From an uncultured Spirochaetota bacterium (GTDB lineage: Bacteria; Spirochaetota; Spirochaetia; SZUA-6; Fen-1364), in assembly GCA_963734545.1 (NCBI GenBank), contig CAVTHO010000006.1, positions 256,001 through 320,000 on the forward strand: a DNA stretch of 64,000 bases, read 5' to 3'. The position numbers were made by a program, and so were the translations under genes. Positions 1 to 10,913 of this stretch are shown here, piece by piece (positions within the stretch are counted from its first letter, which is position 1; each line of letters begins with the position of its first letter). The notes beneath the pieces were generated by a model. It had not been told where the DNA came from. It did no database searches and saw only the letters and a program-made list of their open reading frames with translations.

Positions 1-817
1 CCTCGACCTTCAGCACGACGTGTGGATCGGCCGGGGTCTGGAAGGACTCCCGGTAGTGTTCTTCCGCGAGCTCGTGGCCGACCATGAGCTTCTCTATTTT
101 CCTGACCTCCGCCTCGCCGCGGTCCATCTCGGCCATCCGTTCGCCGTCCTTGAGCACCACGATCCTGTCGGAGAGCATGACGACCTCCTCCAGGCGGTGA
201 GAGATGAAGATGATCGACGCCCGCAGCTTGAGCTTCTCCAGGATGTCGAAAAGGATCTTCGCCTCCTGTTCTTGCAGCACGGTGGTCGGCTCATCGAGGA
301 TCAGGATGGGGTTTGTCACCCCGTACAGCTCGGAAAGCCACAGAAGCCTTGCGATCTCGGTCATCTGCTTCTGCGCGGCGGAAAGGTCCGCCATGATGGT
401 CTTCGGGTTGAGCGCGCGCAGTCCCACCGCTTCCAGCTCACGGCGGGCCGTGCGGACCATGGCCTTTGCCCAGATGAGGCCGAACTTCCGGAACCCTTCC
501 TCGTGGCAGAGGAACATGTTCTCCATGACGGAAAGGTTCGGGATCATGCTGCCGTCCTGGAACACCATTCCGATCCCGTTCCTGATCGCGCTGTCGGGAC
601 CGTCGATCCGTGCGGTCTCTCCCTTCAGGAGGATCTCTCCCTCGTCGGGCTTCTGCAGGCCGATCATGATCTTCATCAGGGTGGATTTGCCGGCACCGTT
701 CTCCCCCACGATCCCGAGGATCTCATTGGCGCGCAGCGAGAGGTCGACCTTTTTCAGCGCGACAACGCCGGGAAACAGCTTCGTGATGCCCTTCATCTCG
801 AGCACGGTGGTATTCAT
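1..817 (-). CDS. Sugar ABC transporter ATP-binding protein (runs off window edge)
   Basis: Minus-strand translation MNTTVLEMKGITKLFPGVVALKKVDL...GENGAGKSTLMKI (Walker A); RbsA/MglA-like; follows permease and SBP genes. Confidence 0.9.
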   Translation of the reverse strand, partial: MNTTVLEMKGITKLFPGVVALKKVDLSLRANEILGIVGENGAGKSTLMKIMIGLQKPDEGEILLKGETARIDGPDSAIRNGIGMVFQDGSMIPNLSVMENMFLCHEEGFRKFGLIWAKAMVRTARRELEAVGLRALNPKTIMADLSAAQKQMTEIARLLWLSELYGVTNPILILDEPTTVLQEQEAKILFDILEKLKLRASIIFISHRLEEVVMLSDRIVVLKDGERMAEMDRGEAEVRKIEKLMVGHELAEEHYRESFQTPADPHVVLKVE

Positions 818-834
818 CGTGCGGTGCCCCCCTC

Positions 835-1855
835 CTACTTGATGATGCCGATCTTTTTGCGGTCGATCGTGAGGGTGACCGCGCCGATGAGGACGATTCC
901 ATTTACTGCACTTTGGATGTAAGGGCTGATCTTCATCAGGACCATCCCATTGTTCAGCGCGGTGACGATCAAAGTCCCGAACAGGGCGTTGAGCACCCCT
1001 CCCACCCCTCCCGAGAGGGAGACGCCGCCCACGGCGACCGCGGTCATTGCGGGGAACAGGAGGCCATTGCCCGGTGCGAGGGTTGGAGCTGGCCACGCGC
1101 GCGAGGAGGAGAATGGCGGCGATGGCGTACAGACAGCCGGTGATGGTGAACACGATGATCTTGATCCTGTCCACCTTGATCCCCGCCTGGCGGGCAAGCT
1201 GCTCGTCCCCGCCGATGGCGTACATGTACTTGCCCAGCTTGGTCATTCTCTGGACCACCAGCAGGATGGCGAAGACGACCAGGGCCAGGAGAATCGTGTT
1301 CGGAATGCCCAGGATGTCCCCGTTGGCAAAGTTCTGGAAGCGCTGGTCGAGCATTTTCACCGCGTTCCCTCTGCCGATGATGACCGAGAGACCCTGGGCA
1401 GCCCACCACATGCCGAGTGTGGCGATGAAGGACGGCATCTTCACCTTCGTGTTGAGGATGCCGCTCAGGAACCCGGTGACGCCGCCGATGACAAAGGCGA
1501 TCGGCACCACCCAGAACCCGATGTCGTAGTGCGTGAAATTATTCTTGATGAGGAAGCCGGAAATGACGGCACAGAGGGAAATGACCCCCTCCGTGGAGAG
1601 GTCCATGGCGCCGATCAGCACCACCTGGTGCATGGCGAGGCAGATGATCATGGGGATACCGGCCAGGCTCAGGATGGTCAGGATGTTCTTCAGAGAGAGG
1701 GAGAACCCCCCTGTCCCGGCGGCGAAGATGACCAGCACGATCGCAAGGGCGACGATCTGTCCGACGACACCCCGGGAGATGAAAGCAAGAGCCCTTCTCC
1801 CCGCTCCCTGTATCGAAAAGCCTTCTTTCCCCGGCGCCGCCGCTTGTCCGCTCAT
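835..1855 (-). CDS. Sugar ABC transporter permease (frameshifted)
   Basis: C-terminal ORF 835-1197 ends AVAVGGVSLSGGVGGV...SPYIQ...; the upstream frame has hydrophobic helices with DLS.G and GRYMYAIGG motifs. Confidence 0.85.
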
Positions 1856-1887
1856 CTGGTGAATCTCCGTGAGGCTATTCTAAGACT

Positions 1888-1922
1888 GCCCGTCACGCGA
1901 GGGAAGAGCCTGCGTGACGGGC
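1888..1922. terminator. 11-bp stem-loop between SBP and permease genes (terminator or mRNA-stabilising hairpin)
   Basis: GCCCGTCACGC ... GCGTGACGGGC inverted repeat. Confidence 0.55.
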
Positions 1923-1954
1923 GTGCAGAAAGATCGAACAGATACTCTTACGCT

Positions 1955-2990
1955 TTAGGGCATTGGTCGGAGATAGTTCGCGTACAGATCATTCCAGTCG
2001 TACTTGGGAGTTCCGGTGACGTGCTCGGCGATGACCTTCTTGATGTTGTCCTGGTCAATGTAGATGGCCTCCGTAAAGTACTGCCGTTTCTCCTTGGGAG
2101 TTGTCTTCAGGTTGATCTTGCCGGTTTTGGCCGCAAAGGCAAGTGACAGCCCGATCCCGCCCTGCCAGAAGGAATCGTTCAGCACCGTGGCCGCCGCCTC
2201 TCCCTTGTCGATCGCGTACAGCATCTCGGTGATACCGTCGGCTCCGGTGACCAGCACCTTTCCGGCAAGCCCGGCAGCGCGGATGGCTTCCAGGGCACCC
2301 AGGGCCATGTTGTCATTGGCGCACCAGACTCCGCCGACATCCGGATTGGCCACAAGGAAGCTCTTCATCTTGTCGAATGCCTTCGTGCGGTCCCATTCGC
2401 CGGTATCCTGGGCAACCAGCTCGACGTCAGGGTTCTTTGCCAGCACGTTCTGCAAGTCCCTTGTAGCGGTCTATTGCCGTGGTGTTCGCCAGCATGCCCT
2501 GGATGGCGACGATCTTGCCTTTGCCGCCCATGCTCTTGATCAGCGCTTTGGCCGTGAACTCGCCGGTGGAGATGCCGTCAAAGGCGATGTGAGCCACCCA
2601 GTGGGGATAGTTCCATGCCTTGATGTTGTCCGGCTTGTTCCACCATGTCACGTAGTAGATGCCGGCAGCCTCGAGCGCCTTGGCGATGGGAATGACGTTG
2701 GGCGATTCGTTCGGGTCGATGCAGAACACCGCGTTCTTGCCTGCCTTCGCGATGAGGGCCTTGATGTCATTGACCTGCTTTTCGCTGGAGCCTTCGCACG
2801 TCTGGACAACGTGAACTCCCGCGACCGAATCCGCGAATGCCTGCCCGCCACGCGCCCACACCAGGTGGTACGGGTTCTCCAGGGACCGGATCGCTGTGCC
2901 CATGAAGACCCCGCTCTGCCCGAAGGCAGACCCAACCGCGACCAGGGTCAGGAGCGCAGCAATACAGAGGAACAGGGGAAGCTTTTTCAT
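1955..2990 (-). CDS. Sugar ABC transporter substrate-binding protein (frameshift near 2455)
   Basis: Signal peptide, LENPYH, WCANDNMALGA and VTGADG motifs of the RbsB-like family, spread over ORFs 2427-2990 and 1955-2455. Confidence 0.9.
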
Positions 2991-3257
2991 CCTTCACCTC
3001 CATTTTGGAACTTACGTTTCCGGCCGATATGCCAGAATCCCTAACAGGCTACCATATTTTTTGTATTTGTCAATTGTTTTCTAACGTCTTTTTCTAACCA
3101 TGATTTTTGCCCGGGGCAAGTTTCTGTTCTGACATCGTCTCGCCGGACGGAGCGCATACCCCCAGACCGTCGACTCCACGCAAACGGCGGCACAATAAAG
3201 ATGTCACGGATCTCCCGGCCTTGGCGCAGGCAAGCTCCGCTGCCACATCGCTGTGCG

Positions 3258-3280
3258 TACCCTAGGAAGAGACTAGGGTA
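3258..3280. promoter_or_regulatory. Candidate operator, TACCCTAG-N7-CTAGGGTA
   Basis: Perfect 8-bp inverted repeat in the divergent intergenic region. Confidence 0.4.
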
Positions 3281-3361
3281 TTCTGCTACTATTTCTGGTA
3301 TTTATCTGTGCAGGATTCTGGTGGATACTACCGTTGAAAATCCCTCAAAGGAGTGTGAACC

Positions 3362-4603
3362 ATGAGTGCGAATGACCCGGTTTTCCAGCCGATCAAGATC
3401 GGCAATCTGACCGCTCAGAACAGGTTCGTGATCAATGCCATGGAATGCTGCGACTCGGATGAGGAGGGCAACCCCACGGACCGGACTCTTCGGAGGTACA
3501 AAAACCTCTTCCAGGGCGGCGCAGGGCTGATCGATCTCGAGGCTATCACCGTGCAGTACGAGTCGAGGGGCAGGCAGTTCCAGCTCTCCGTCATGCCCCG
3601 CAACCTGAAGGCGCTCACCAAGTTCGTGGCCGAGCTGCGCAAGGTCAACGACAAGCCGCTCCTGGTCGTGCAGCTCACCCATTCCGGAGAGCTGAGCCAT
3701 CCCGACTTTGCGCGTCGGGTCTGCGTGAAGCCCCTTGCCGGCTTTGGCGGCGACGTGATCGACGAGGCGTATATCGAGAATGCCATCGAGCAGTTCGTCA
3801 CCGCGGCGAAGATCGCGCATGACTGCGGGGCGGATGGGATCGACTTCAAGAACTGCCACGGCTACCTGGACTCCCAGATCCTGCGTCCCTACAACGACAG
3901 GAAATGGAAATACGGCGGGCCGTGGGAGAACAGGACCCGGTTCACCTACACGATCTATGAGCGGATCCAGAAAGAGATCAACGACCCGAAGTTCATCATG
4001 GGGTCGAAGGTTTCAATCTGGGAAGGATTCCCCGGCGGCCAGGGAACCGCTGGACCGGATTCCCCCATCATGGACCTGCGCGAGTCGCTGGACCTCGTGA
4101 AGGGCATGGAGGCGCGCGGGGCCAAGTTCATCATCGTGTCTGCGGGCAGCCCTTCCATCACGCTCGCCCTCTCGCAGCCGGACAAAAAAGTGCCGGATGA
4201 CTGCTACCTCCACTTCACCTTCCAGAAAGCCGTCCGTGATGCGCTGAAGCCCGAGACCGTCGTGATCGGCTCCGCTTACTCCGTCCTGAACAACGGCAAG
4301 AACGAGCTGCAGGCGCGTAAGAAGGAAGAGAATACGCTCTGGTTCTGGGCCAACAAGAACATCAAGGACCATGTGACCGACATGGTGGCAATCGGCAGAC
4401 AGTCCCTTGCCGACGGCCAGCTTCCGAGGAAGTTCGCCGAAGGCAGGGAATCCGAGATCAGGTGGTGCAATGCGTGCGATAATTGCATCGAGCTCCTGAT
4501 CCGGCAGAAACCGGTGGGATGCACGACACATGACAAGGAGTACAACAAGGCGCTCAAAGCCATCAGGGATGCGGAAGGCGCCTTGAAAGCGAAGAGAACA
4601 TGA
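3362..4603 (+). CDS. NADH:flavin oxidoreductase (old yellow enzyme family)
   Basis: NRFVINAME, QLTHSG, GADGIDFKNCHGYL, YGGPWENRTRF; C-terminal CxxCxxC. Confidence 0.9.
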   Translation: MSANDPVFQPIKIGNLTAQNRFVINAMECCDSDEEGNPTDRTLRRYKNLFQGGAGLIDLEAITVQYESRGRQFQLSVMPRNLKALTKFVAELRKVNDKPLLVVQLTHSGELSHPDFARRVCVKPLAGFGGDVIDEAYIENAIEQFVTAAKIAHDCGADGIDFKNCHGYLDSQILRPYNDRKWKYGGPWENRTRFTYTIYERIQKEINDPKFIMGSKVSIWEGFPGGQGTAGPDSPIMDLRESLDLVKGMEARGAKFIIVSAGSPSITLALSQPDKKVPDDCYLHFTFQKAVRDALKPETVVIGSAYSVLNNGKNELQARKKEENTLWFWANKNIKDHVTDMVAIGRQSLADGQLPRKFAEGRESEIRWCNACDNCIELLIRQKPVGCTTHDKEYNKALKAIRDAEGALKAKRT

Positions 4604-4914
4604 AGGTACTGCACGACGTGTATTTCACATTGAACGATCCCGTGCCCGAAAACATCGAATCCCTCATACGGGAGGGGTTCACGTACCTCAAGGGGCACCC
4701 GGGCATGGAGTCGTTTGCAGCGGGGGTCCGGGCCGAGGAGATGCGCCGGGACGTCAACGACACCGGATGGCACGTCTCGATGCATTCCGTGTTCGTGGAC
4801 AAGGCCGCTCACGACGCCTACCAGACCACGGCGCCGCGTCACAAGGAGTTTGCGGCACGGAACAAGGCCGGATGGAAGCAGGTGCGGGTCTTCGACACGT
4901 ACCTTCGGCCATAG
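4600..4914 (+). CDS. Dabb family (stress-responsive A/B barrel) protein
   Basis: LHDVYFTL...VFVDKAAHDAYQT...HKEF...VRVFD pattern; ATGA overlap with the upstream gene. Confidence 0.75.
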   Translation: MKVLHDVYFTLNDPVPENIESLIREGFTYLKGHPGMESFAAGVRAEEMRRDVNDTGWHVSMHSVFVDKAAHDAYQTTAPRHKEFAARNKAGWKQVRVFDTYLRP

Positions 4915-4917
4915 CGC

Positions 4918-4934
4918 ACCGCCCGAAGGGCGGT
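4918..4934. terminator. Hairpin between convergent genes
   Basis: ACCGCCC-GAA-GGGCGGT; reads as a cUUCGg-capped stem on the minus strand. Confidence 0.5.
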
Positions 4935-4988
4935 ATCCACGCGTGGGCGCGGCTGTCCTTCGCTTGCCATTGCCCGACACGCGCCTAG

Positions 4989-6180
4989 TCACTTCCCTGC
5001 GGGAGTGGATGCTGCCGCCCCCGCAGCTCTTTCCTCGCCAAGGCGTCCCCTGATCATCCTGCCGCTCAGCAGGAGGATGACAAGGCCGGTGACGCCCAGA
5101 ACCGGGAAAATTCCCAACGACAGCTGGAAAGACCACGCGCGGGTCGCCATGGAGAGCGCGAAGGGGATGACGATCCCGCCGATCGGGACGCCCAGCTTGA
5201 CGATGCCGAGCGCCGTTCCCGACATATCCCTGTAAAGCCTGCCGCGCCATGGTGATCAGGAGCGGGAACAGCGAGGAGACCGCCATGCCCATGAGCACGA
5301 GCATGAAGGCGGTTGCCGCGAAGGGCAGCCTCACGAAAAGCAGGACCGACGAGCAGGCCGCCGCCGCGGCGAAAAGCGCGGTCACCATTGCCTGGAGAGA
5401 CGCCCTGCCGGAGACGAAACCGAGGACCACGCGCCCCGCCGCCACTCCTGCCAGGAACAGCACGAGCCCGACCTTCGAGGCGACCTGGTCGTAGCCGCGC
5501 AGCTCCATCAGGAACCCGGTGAGCAGCCCGGTGAGCCCGAGCTCGATGCCGCACGCGAATACGGCCAGCGCGAGAAGCACGGCGAGCACGCCCTGCGTTT
5601 TCAGAAAAGCAATCCGGTCGCGCAGCGTGGTCGTATCCGCCGCCCCCCTGCCGGCCCGGGAGAAGAGGAAAAGAACGGCCAGGGCGAGCACCACGACGGC
5701 TGACTGCACCATGGAGCGGCGCCAGTCCATTCGCAGAAAGATCAGGTACAGCGTGGTTGCCAGGCATCCGAACGTGACAAAAAAATGGTTCACGCTGACG
5801 TGCAGCCCCTGGCGCCTGCGGTGAAGGCCCAGGAGCATGGCGTCCGCGGTCCCTTCATAGGTGCCGATGCCCACCCCGATGAAAGCCATGATCGCCAGGT
5901 TCAGGGCATAGGCCGGCCAGAGATAATAGAAGAAAAAAGAGACGGCGAGGATGAGGCTGCCCGCGGACATGAGACGCGCCTTGTCCGTGCTGTCCGCGAG
6001 CGCGCCGGCGACCAGGACCGCGCACATGAACCCGACGTTCTGCGCGGAGACGAGCAGCCCGGTCTGGTACGGGCTCAGTCCAATGCTGCCCGCCGCGGCC
6101 CCGATGATGACGGTGCCGACACCGAGGAAGAACATTGACGCATACGATGAGCCGGTGAGAACGCCCTTGTGTCTGATCAC
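4989..6180 (-). CDS. MFS transporter (frameshift near 5240)
   Basis: About 12 hydrophobic segments, GALADSTDK motif A; C-terminus in ORF 4989-5225. Confidence 0.85.
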
Positions 6181-6186
6181 CCGGGG

Positions 6187-7302
6187 TTATTTCACAACGG
6201 GCAATTCGACTCTCTTGCCGCCCTTCATCGCGGATTCGTGCGCGCAAATTCCGGCCATGGTCCAGTTTGCCGCCCGGCGCGCGTCCACCGCTGACTCCCT
6301 CTCCTCCACGATGGCCCTGATGAACTCGTGCGCGAGGTGCGGGTGCGACCCGCCGTGGCCGGCGCCCTGGATGAAGGACGTGTGCTCGTGCTGCTCGTCA
6401 TAGACGCCGTGAATGGTGTACGGGGCGATCTCCTTGGGCAGTCGATGCCCGAAGTCCGGCACGTCCACCCTCTTTGCGTCCTCGAAACCCGAGTACAGCA
6501 CGGGCTTCTCCCCGGCGAGCTGCTCCCACTCGAAAGAAAGCTTCGTGCCGTACACGTCGAAGCTCTCGCGGTACTGGCGTATGGTGTCGAACAGCGAGCG
6601 GGTCACCTCGCAGGCGAGGTCCGAGTCCCGCAGCCTCATGAGCGCCGTCTCGATGGCGAAGGGCGAGCCGTACTTCTTCGCGTACTCTTCCCGGATGGTG
6701 CCGGAGCCGAATGCCACCACGGACTCCACGTCCTTGCCGGCAAGCCAGAGCAGCGGGCTGACCGCATGGGTGGCGTAGTGCATGGGGGGGAATCCGTACC
6801 AGTAGTCGGGCCACCCGGGCAGGCTCATGTTCTGCTGATGGGATCCGCGCAGGAACTGGATCCTGCCCAGCTCCCCCTTGTCCGCCATTTCCTTGACGTA
6901 GAGAAACTCCCGGGTGTAGACGGCTGTCTCCATCATCATGTAGACCTTGCCGGATTTCCGCCGCGCCTCGGCCACCTGCAGGCATTCCTTGACCGTCGTT
7001 GCCATCGGGACCGTGCTGCACGCGTGCTTGCCCGCCTGCAGGGCCGCGACGCACATCGGGGCATGCGCGGCAATGGGTGTCACCACGTGTATGGCGTCGA
7101 TCTCTTTGACTTTCAGGAGGTCCTCGAACCTGGTGAACCTGCGCTCGACCTTGAACATGTCTCCGACCTGGTTGAGCTTCTTCTCGTCCCTCTGGCAGAT
7201 GGCGTAGCATTCCGCGTCAGGATGCTTCTGGTACAGCGGCACGAACTCGGCGCCGAAGCCGAGCCCCACGACGGCGACCTTCACCTTCTTTCCCGATGCC
7301 AT
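6187..7302 (-). CDS. Gfo/Idh/MocA family oxidoreductase
   Basis: VAVVGLGFG Rossmann fold, AGKHACSTVPMA, HYATHA. Confidence 0.9.
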   Translation of the reverse strand: MASGKKVKVAVVGLGFGAEFVPLYQKHPDAECYAICQRDEKKLNQVGDMFKVERRFTRFEDLLKVKEIDAIHVVTPIAAHAPMCVAALQAGKHACSTVPMATTVKECLQVAEARRKSGKVYMMMETAVYTREFLYVKEMADKGELGRIQFLRGSHQQNMSLPGWPDYWYGFPPMHYATHAVSPLLWLAGKDVESVVAFGSGTIREEYAKKYGSPFAIETALMRLRDSDLACEVTRSLFDTIRQYRESFDVYGTKLSFEWEQLAGEKPVLYSGFEDAKRVDVPDFGHRLPKEIAPYTIHGVYDEQHEHTSFIQGAGHGGSHPHLAHEFIRAIVEERESAVDARRAANWTMAGICAHESAMKGGKRVELPVVK

Positions 7303-7499
7303 ACGGAACCTCCTTGGGGTGTGCAGAGTGGGCATATTATCCTACGAGAAAGGTTTCCGATCAAGCCGTGCACGCGCGTGCATGCGCGCGGGGCGCCGGG
7401 AGGACGGGGCCGCCGTGCGGGGGGGCGCTCGCGGGACACGCCGAAAGATCTCAGCGCCTTCCCTTGACCTGTAGACTGCCGGTTCCCATACTGATTTGC

Positions 7500-7877
7500 A
7501 TGAGCCAGGAACAGACCCCTGAACCGCGAAATGAAGATCCGCACTCTCCACGTGCTGCGTGGATTGCCGGAAGCATCCTGATCCTTCTGGGCGTCATTTT
7601 CATAATACGGAACGTTGCCGGTCTCTCCCTGGGCAACTGGTGGGCGTTGTTCATCCTGATACCCGCGCTGGGATCGCTGATGACCGCTTTCAGAATGTAC
7701 GAGCGCAACGGCCGTCGGTTCACCTCCGCGTCCCGCGGGCCCCTGATCGGCGGTCTCGTGCTTCTGGCGGTATCCGCCGTTTTTCTCTTCAACCTGGACT
7801 GGGGCAAGGTGTGGCCGCTGATCCTGATCCTCGGGGGGCTGGGCCTGCTCCTCACTTCATTCGAACGGAGACCCTGA
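7500..7877 (+). CDS. LiaF/DUF5668-like small membrane protein
   Basis: Four TM segments with WWALFILIP and VWPLILILGG repeats. Confidence 0.65.
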   Translation: MSQEQTPEPRNEDPHSPRAAWIAGSILILLGVIFIIRNVAGLSLGNWWALFILIPALGSLMTAFRMYERNGRRFTSASRGPLIGGLVLLAVSAVFLFNLDWGKVWPLILILGGLGLLLTSFERRP

Positions 7878-7880
7878 CTC

Positions 7881-8678
7881 TCAGAAGCTCAGGTTGTACA
7901 CCACTCCGACTGAGACCACCCAGGTGGAGAAATAGACCGGGTCATACGGCAGGCCGCCGTTGGCCGCGAACCCCGGGTCCTTGGAAGTGCTCCACGCAAT
8001 GGTCTTGTACGCCCCGCTCAGCTCGATGCCGAGGTCAGGGGTCGCATGCCACAGCACGGTCAGGTAGGGATAGCTCTGGTAGATCGTGGTGTCCCCGAAG
8101 TTCAGGGGGAAGTACATCTCATAGCTCAGGGACACATTCAGGATGGGGACCCTGTCCTGGATCCAGAACCAGGTGAGCGCAGGCTCCGCAAGGATCGACA
8201 TCTGGTTCTGGAACGTGTTGTAGATGTAGCGGCCCTTGAGCATGAGCACCCAGTTCCTGCCCGGCAGGAAATCCAGCAGGAACCGGGGGCTCGCATCCAG
8301 CATGAGAAGGTGCTCCAGCCGGGTATTGGTGTCGTTCCAGCCCCATATCCACCCGGGCGGGGCCGCGACGGTCTGATGCGTCCAGTCATTGTCATGGTGC
8401 GCTCCTGCCTGCAGCCGGTAAAACGCCCCCACTTTCAGGTTCTTCAAGACCCGGTAGTACCCGCCAAGGGTCAATGATTCGAAGGATTGGAGCGTCGGGT
8501 CCACGTACTCGGTCCTCCCCAGTCCCTCCAGCAGAAGATCCACGGCGCCGAAGTTGGCGATGACCTGGGTGCGGCCCTGAAACTCGACCAGGCCCTTCGG
8601 AGCGACGGGAACATACGCCTGGGCAAAGACTCCCGTGGAGGCGAGCGCGAAAACGGCGAACACCGCCACCCTCTTCAT
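7881..8678 (-). CDS. Exported protein, probable outer-membrane beta-barrel
   Basis: Signal peptide, amphipathic aromatic strands, C-terminal YNLSF. Confidence 0.55.
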   Translation of the reverse strand: MKRVAVFAVFALASTGVFAQAYVPVAPKGLVEFQGRTQVIANFGAVDLLLEGLGRTEYVDPTLQSFESLTLGGYYRVLKNLKVGAFYRLQAGAHHDNDWTHQTVAAPPGWIWGWNDTNTRLEHLLMLDASPRFLLDFLPGRNWVLMLKGRYIYNTFQNQMSILAEPALTWFWIQDRVPILNVSLSYEMYFPLNFGDTTIYQSYPYLTVLWHATPDLGIELSGAYKTIAWSTSKDPGFAANGGLPYDPVYFSTWVVSVGVVYNLSF

Positions 8679-8693
8679 GGGGCTCTCCTTCTA

Positions 8694-9356
8694 TCAGTGA
8701 TAGTCCTGATTGAGCAGATCGCTGTATGCCTCATCCAGGTTCGTCGTGTCGACGACCTTGCCGCCCGCCGCGTCCATGTTCCAGTTGAGCCTGCGCGTCC
8801 AGGGGTAATTGCGCGGCGTGGTGAGCTTGGTGCCCGCCACTATGTTGATGCCGAACCCCTGTTTGACCACGACAGTCTGGCCGGTCTGGGGGAGGGATAC
8901 ATCCACGGCGCCGGAGTTGACGCAGAGCCACACATCCGGCAGCGCATCGATTGTCCGGCCGTATGCGATGAAGAACTCGGTCCCGCGGACTCCCGCCACC
9001 GTGGTGGCGGTGCGCACGGAGAACCGGCCCGTGAGCTTTTTCAGCACGTGGGTGAACACCCCCCCGGCATTCAGGGTCACCGATGTCGATTCCCCGATGG
9101 AGTCGATTGCCAGCGAGGTCTTTTCCCTGAGCTTCAGGGTGGTTGAATTGGCCAGGTCGATCACGGCAAGAGACTCCGCCCCGGTGGAGATGACGTCCCC
9201 CGGGTTGAGCGGCTCGCCCAGGACCGCGTCATGCGCCTGGGACCCGCTGCGGATCGAGACATCGCCTTCCGTGTAGGCTACCTGGCCGCTCAGCGCGAAA
9301 AGCGCGGCGGGCAGAACACAGGCCAGAAAGACGCACGTCAGTATTGAAATCCGCAT
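8694..9356 (-). CDS. FecR domain protein
   Basis: Signal peptide; GDVISTG, VRTATTVAGVRGTEF motifs. Confidence 0.85.
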   Translation of the reverse strand: MRISILTCVFLACVLPAALFALSGQVAYTEGDVSIRSGSQAHDAVLGEPLNPGDVISTGAESLAVIDLANSTTLKLREKTSLAIDSIGESTSVTLNAGGVFTHVLKKLTGRFSVRTATTVAGVRGTEFFIAYGRTIDALPDVWLCVNSGAVDVSLPQTGQTVVVKQGFGINIVAGTKLTTPRNYPWTRRLNWNMDAAGGKVVDTTNLDEAYSDLLNQDYH

Positions 9357-9391
9357 CCTGCAAAAGTATGCACAAAGCGGGGCCCGGGCAA

Positions 9392-10865
9392 CTACAACAG
9401 GTAGCCCCAGGTCTGGAGGAGGTCTCCGTCACGGTGCCAGCGCTCGCCGATGTCCGTGCGGTAGAACATGTTGGGGATGATGATGTTCTTCACGCGGTTG
9501 TAGGCCTCGCGGCGCGCATCGTCCATGGTGGATCCCGATCCCGTGACCACCATGACATAGCCCGAGTTCCCCGTCAGGCGCCAGTCACCGTCCACCAGGC
9601 GGATGTCGCAGGGGTGGATACCCTCGTTCATCGGCTTGCGGAAGATGACCACCGCGTCCTCGCTGAACTTTCGGAATGCGTCCGAATCCAGGAAGGGGAA
9701 CGGCGGAACGGCAATCACGACGCAGATCTGGAAGCCTTTCTTGGCCCGCATGGTCACGGGCTGCCCGCGCGCCATGGCGCCCAGGAGATCCGACCACCGG
9801 GAGAGCACCCCCTCGATCTGCAGGTTGATGGTCGGGTAGCCGAACCTGCAGGTGAACTCCAGCGGGTAGATGCCCCGCGAATTGGCGATGCAGTTGATGT
9901 CGATGTACCCGGTGTAGTGAACGGCGGCCAGCCGGTCCTTCATCCTGAGGAGGGTCTGCTGGAACAGCGTGCTGTTTCCGTGCCAGAAGCCGGAGGTCCC
10001 CATCTCCCCTGTCTGGGGGCCGATGTCCTCATTGAACATGCGCTTGTGCTCGAAATTGACGAATACCGGATGCAGGAAATCCCTGCCGTCGAAAAACCCC
10101 CCGACGGCCACCTCGACCCCCGACGCGTATTTCTGAAGCTGGAAGCGCTTGATCTTCTTGCCCCAGCCCGTCTTGTAGTGCTCCAGCATCGTCAGGACGT
10201 CCAGGCCGTCCTCTTCCTGGCCGACAAAGGAAAGGACCTTCTCGTTCTGCGCGGCCGCCGCTCGGCTTGACCACGTAGCGCCCCGGCGTGGCCTTGATGA
10301 ACGCGATGGCGGCGTCGAAGGAGTCGAACTCCCACCGCGGCAGGATGGTCAGGCCGGCCGCCCGCATCTCTTCCTGGCCGAACTCGCGGTCCATCTCCAG
10401 CCGGTCCGTATAGGGGGTGCCCCCCACCACGGCCTTGCCCTCGGCCCGAAGCCTGTCCGCAAGCGCGCCGAACTCGCAGTCGTCGAATACGATGACGTCG
10501 GCCCAATCCTTGCTCTCCTCCCAGCGATCCACTTTTTCCACGAAACCCTCGGCAACGTCACGCTCCGATTTCATCATGATGTGGTAGCGGACTTCATGGC
10601 CCTCTTTCCTGACTTCCCAGGCCAGGTCATGGATGAGGCCCCACTTGGAGATGAAGAGGAACCGTTGAGGCCTCGGACCTGGGAGGGGGGGAATCTGAAC
10701 CAATGTGCTGGCTGTGAGCGGCTGCGCTTCGAGACCGGGGGGCTGAGGGCCTGGTGGCACCTCGGGAGAGTCAGGCGGCGATTCCGGCGCGGCAGGGGGT
10801 GGGGAGCCGGCGGAGGGACCATTGGTCCCGTTTTTTTTCCCCGCGCTCTTGTCCTCACCCGACAT
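9392..10865 (-). CDS. PurD-like phosphoribosylamine-glycine ligase (ATP-grasp), frameshift near 10255
   Basis: DRLEMDR, YVVKPSG, EHKRMF..DIGPQTGEMG, LEFTCRFGYP, YRTDIG. Confidence 0.8.
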
Positions 10866-10913
10866 CGTGAAGGGAACATATCAGAATGGCGGGCTGGCGG
10901 CAAGTGATTCTTT

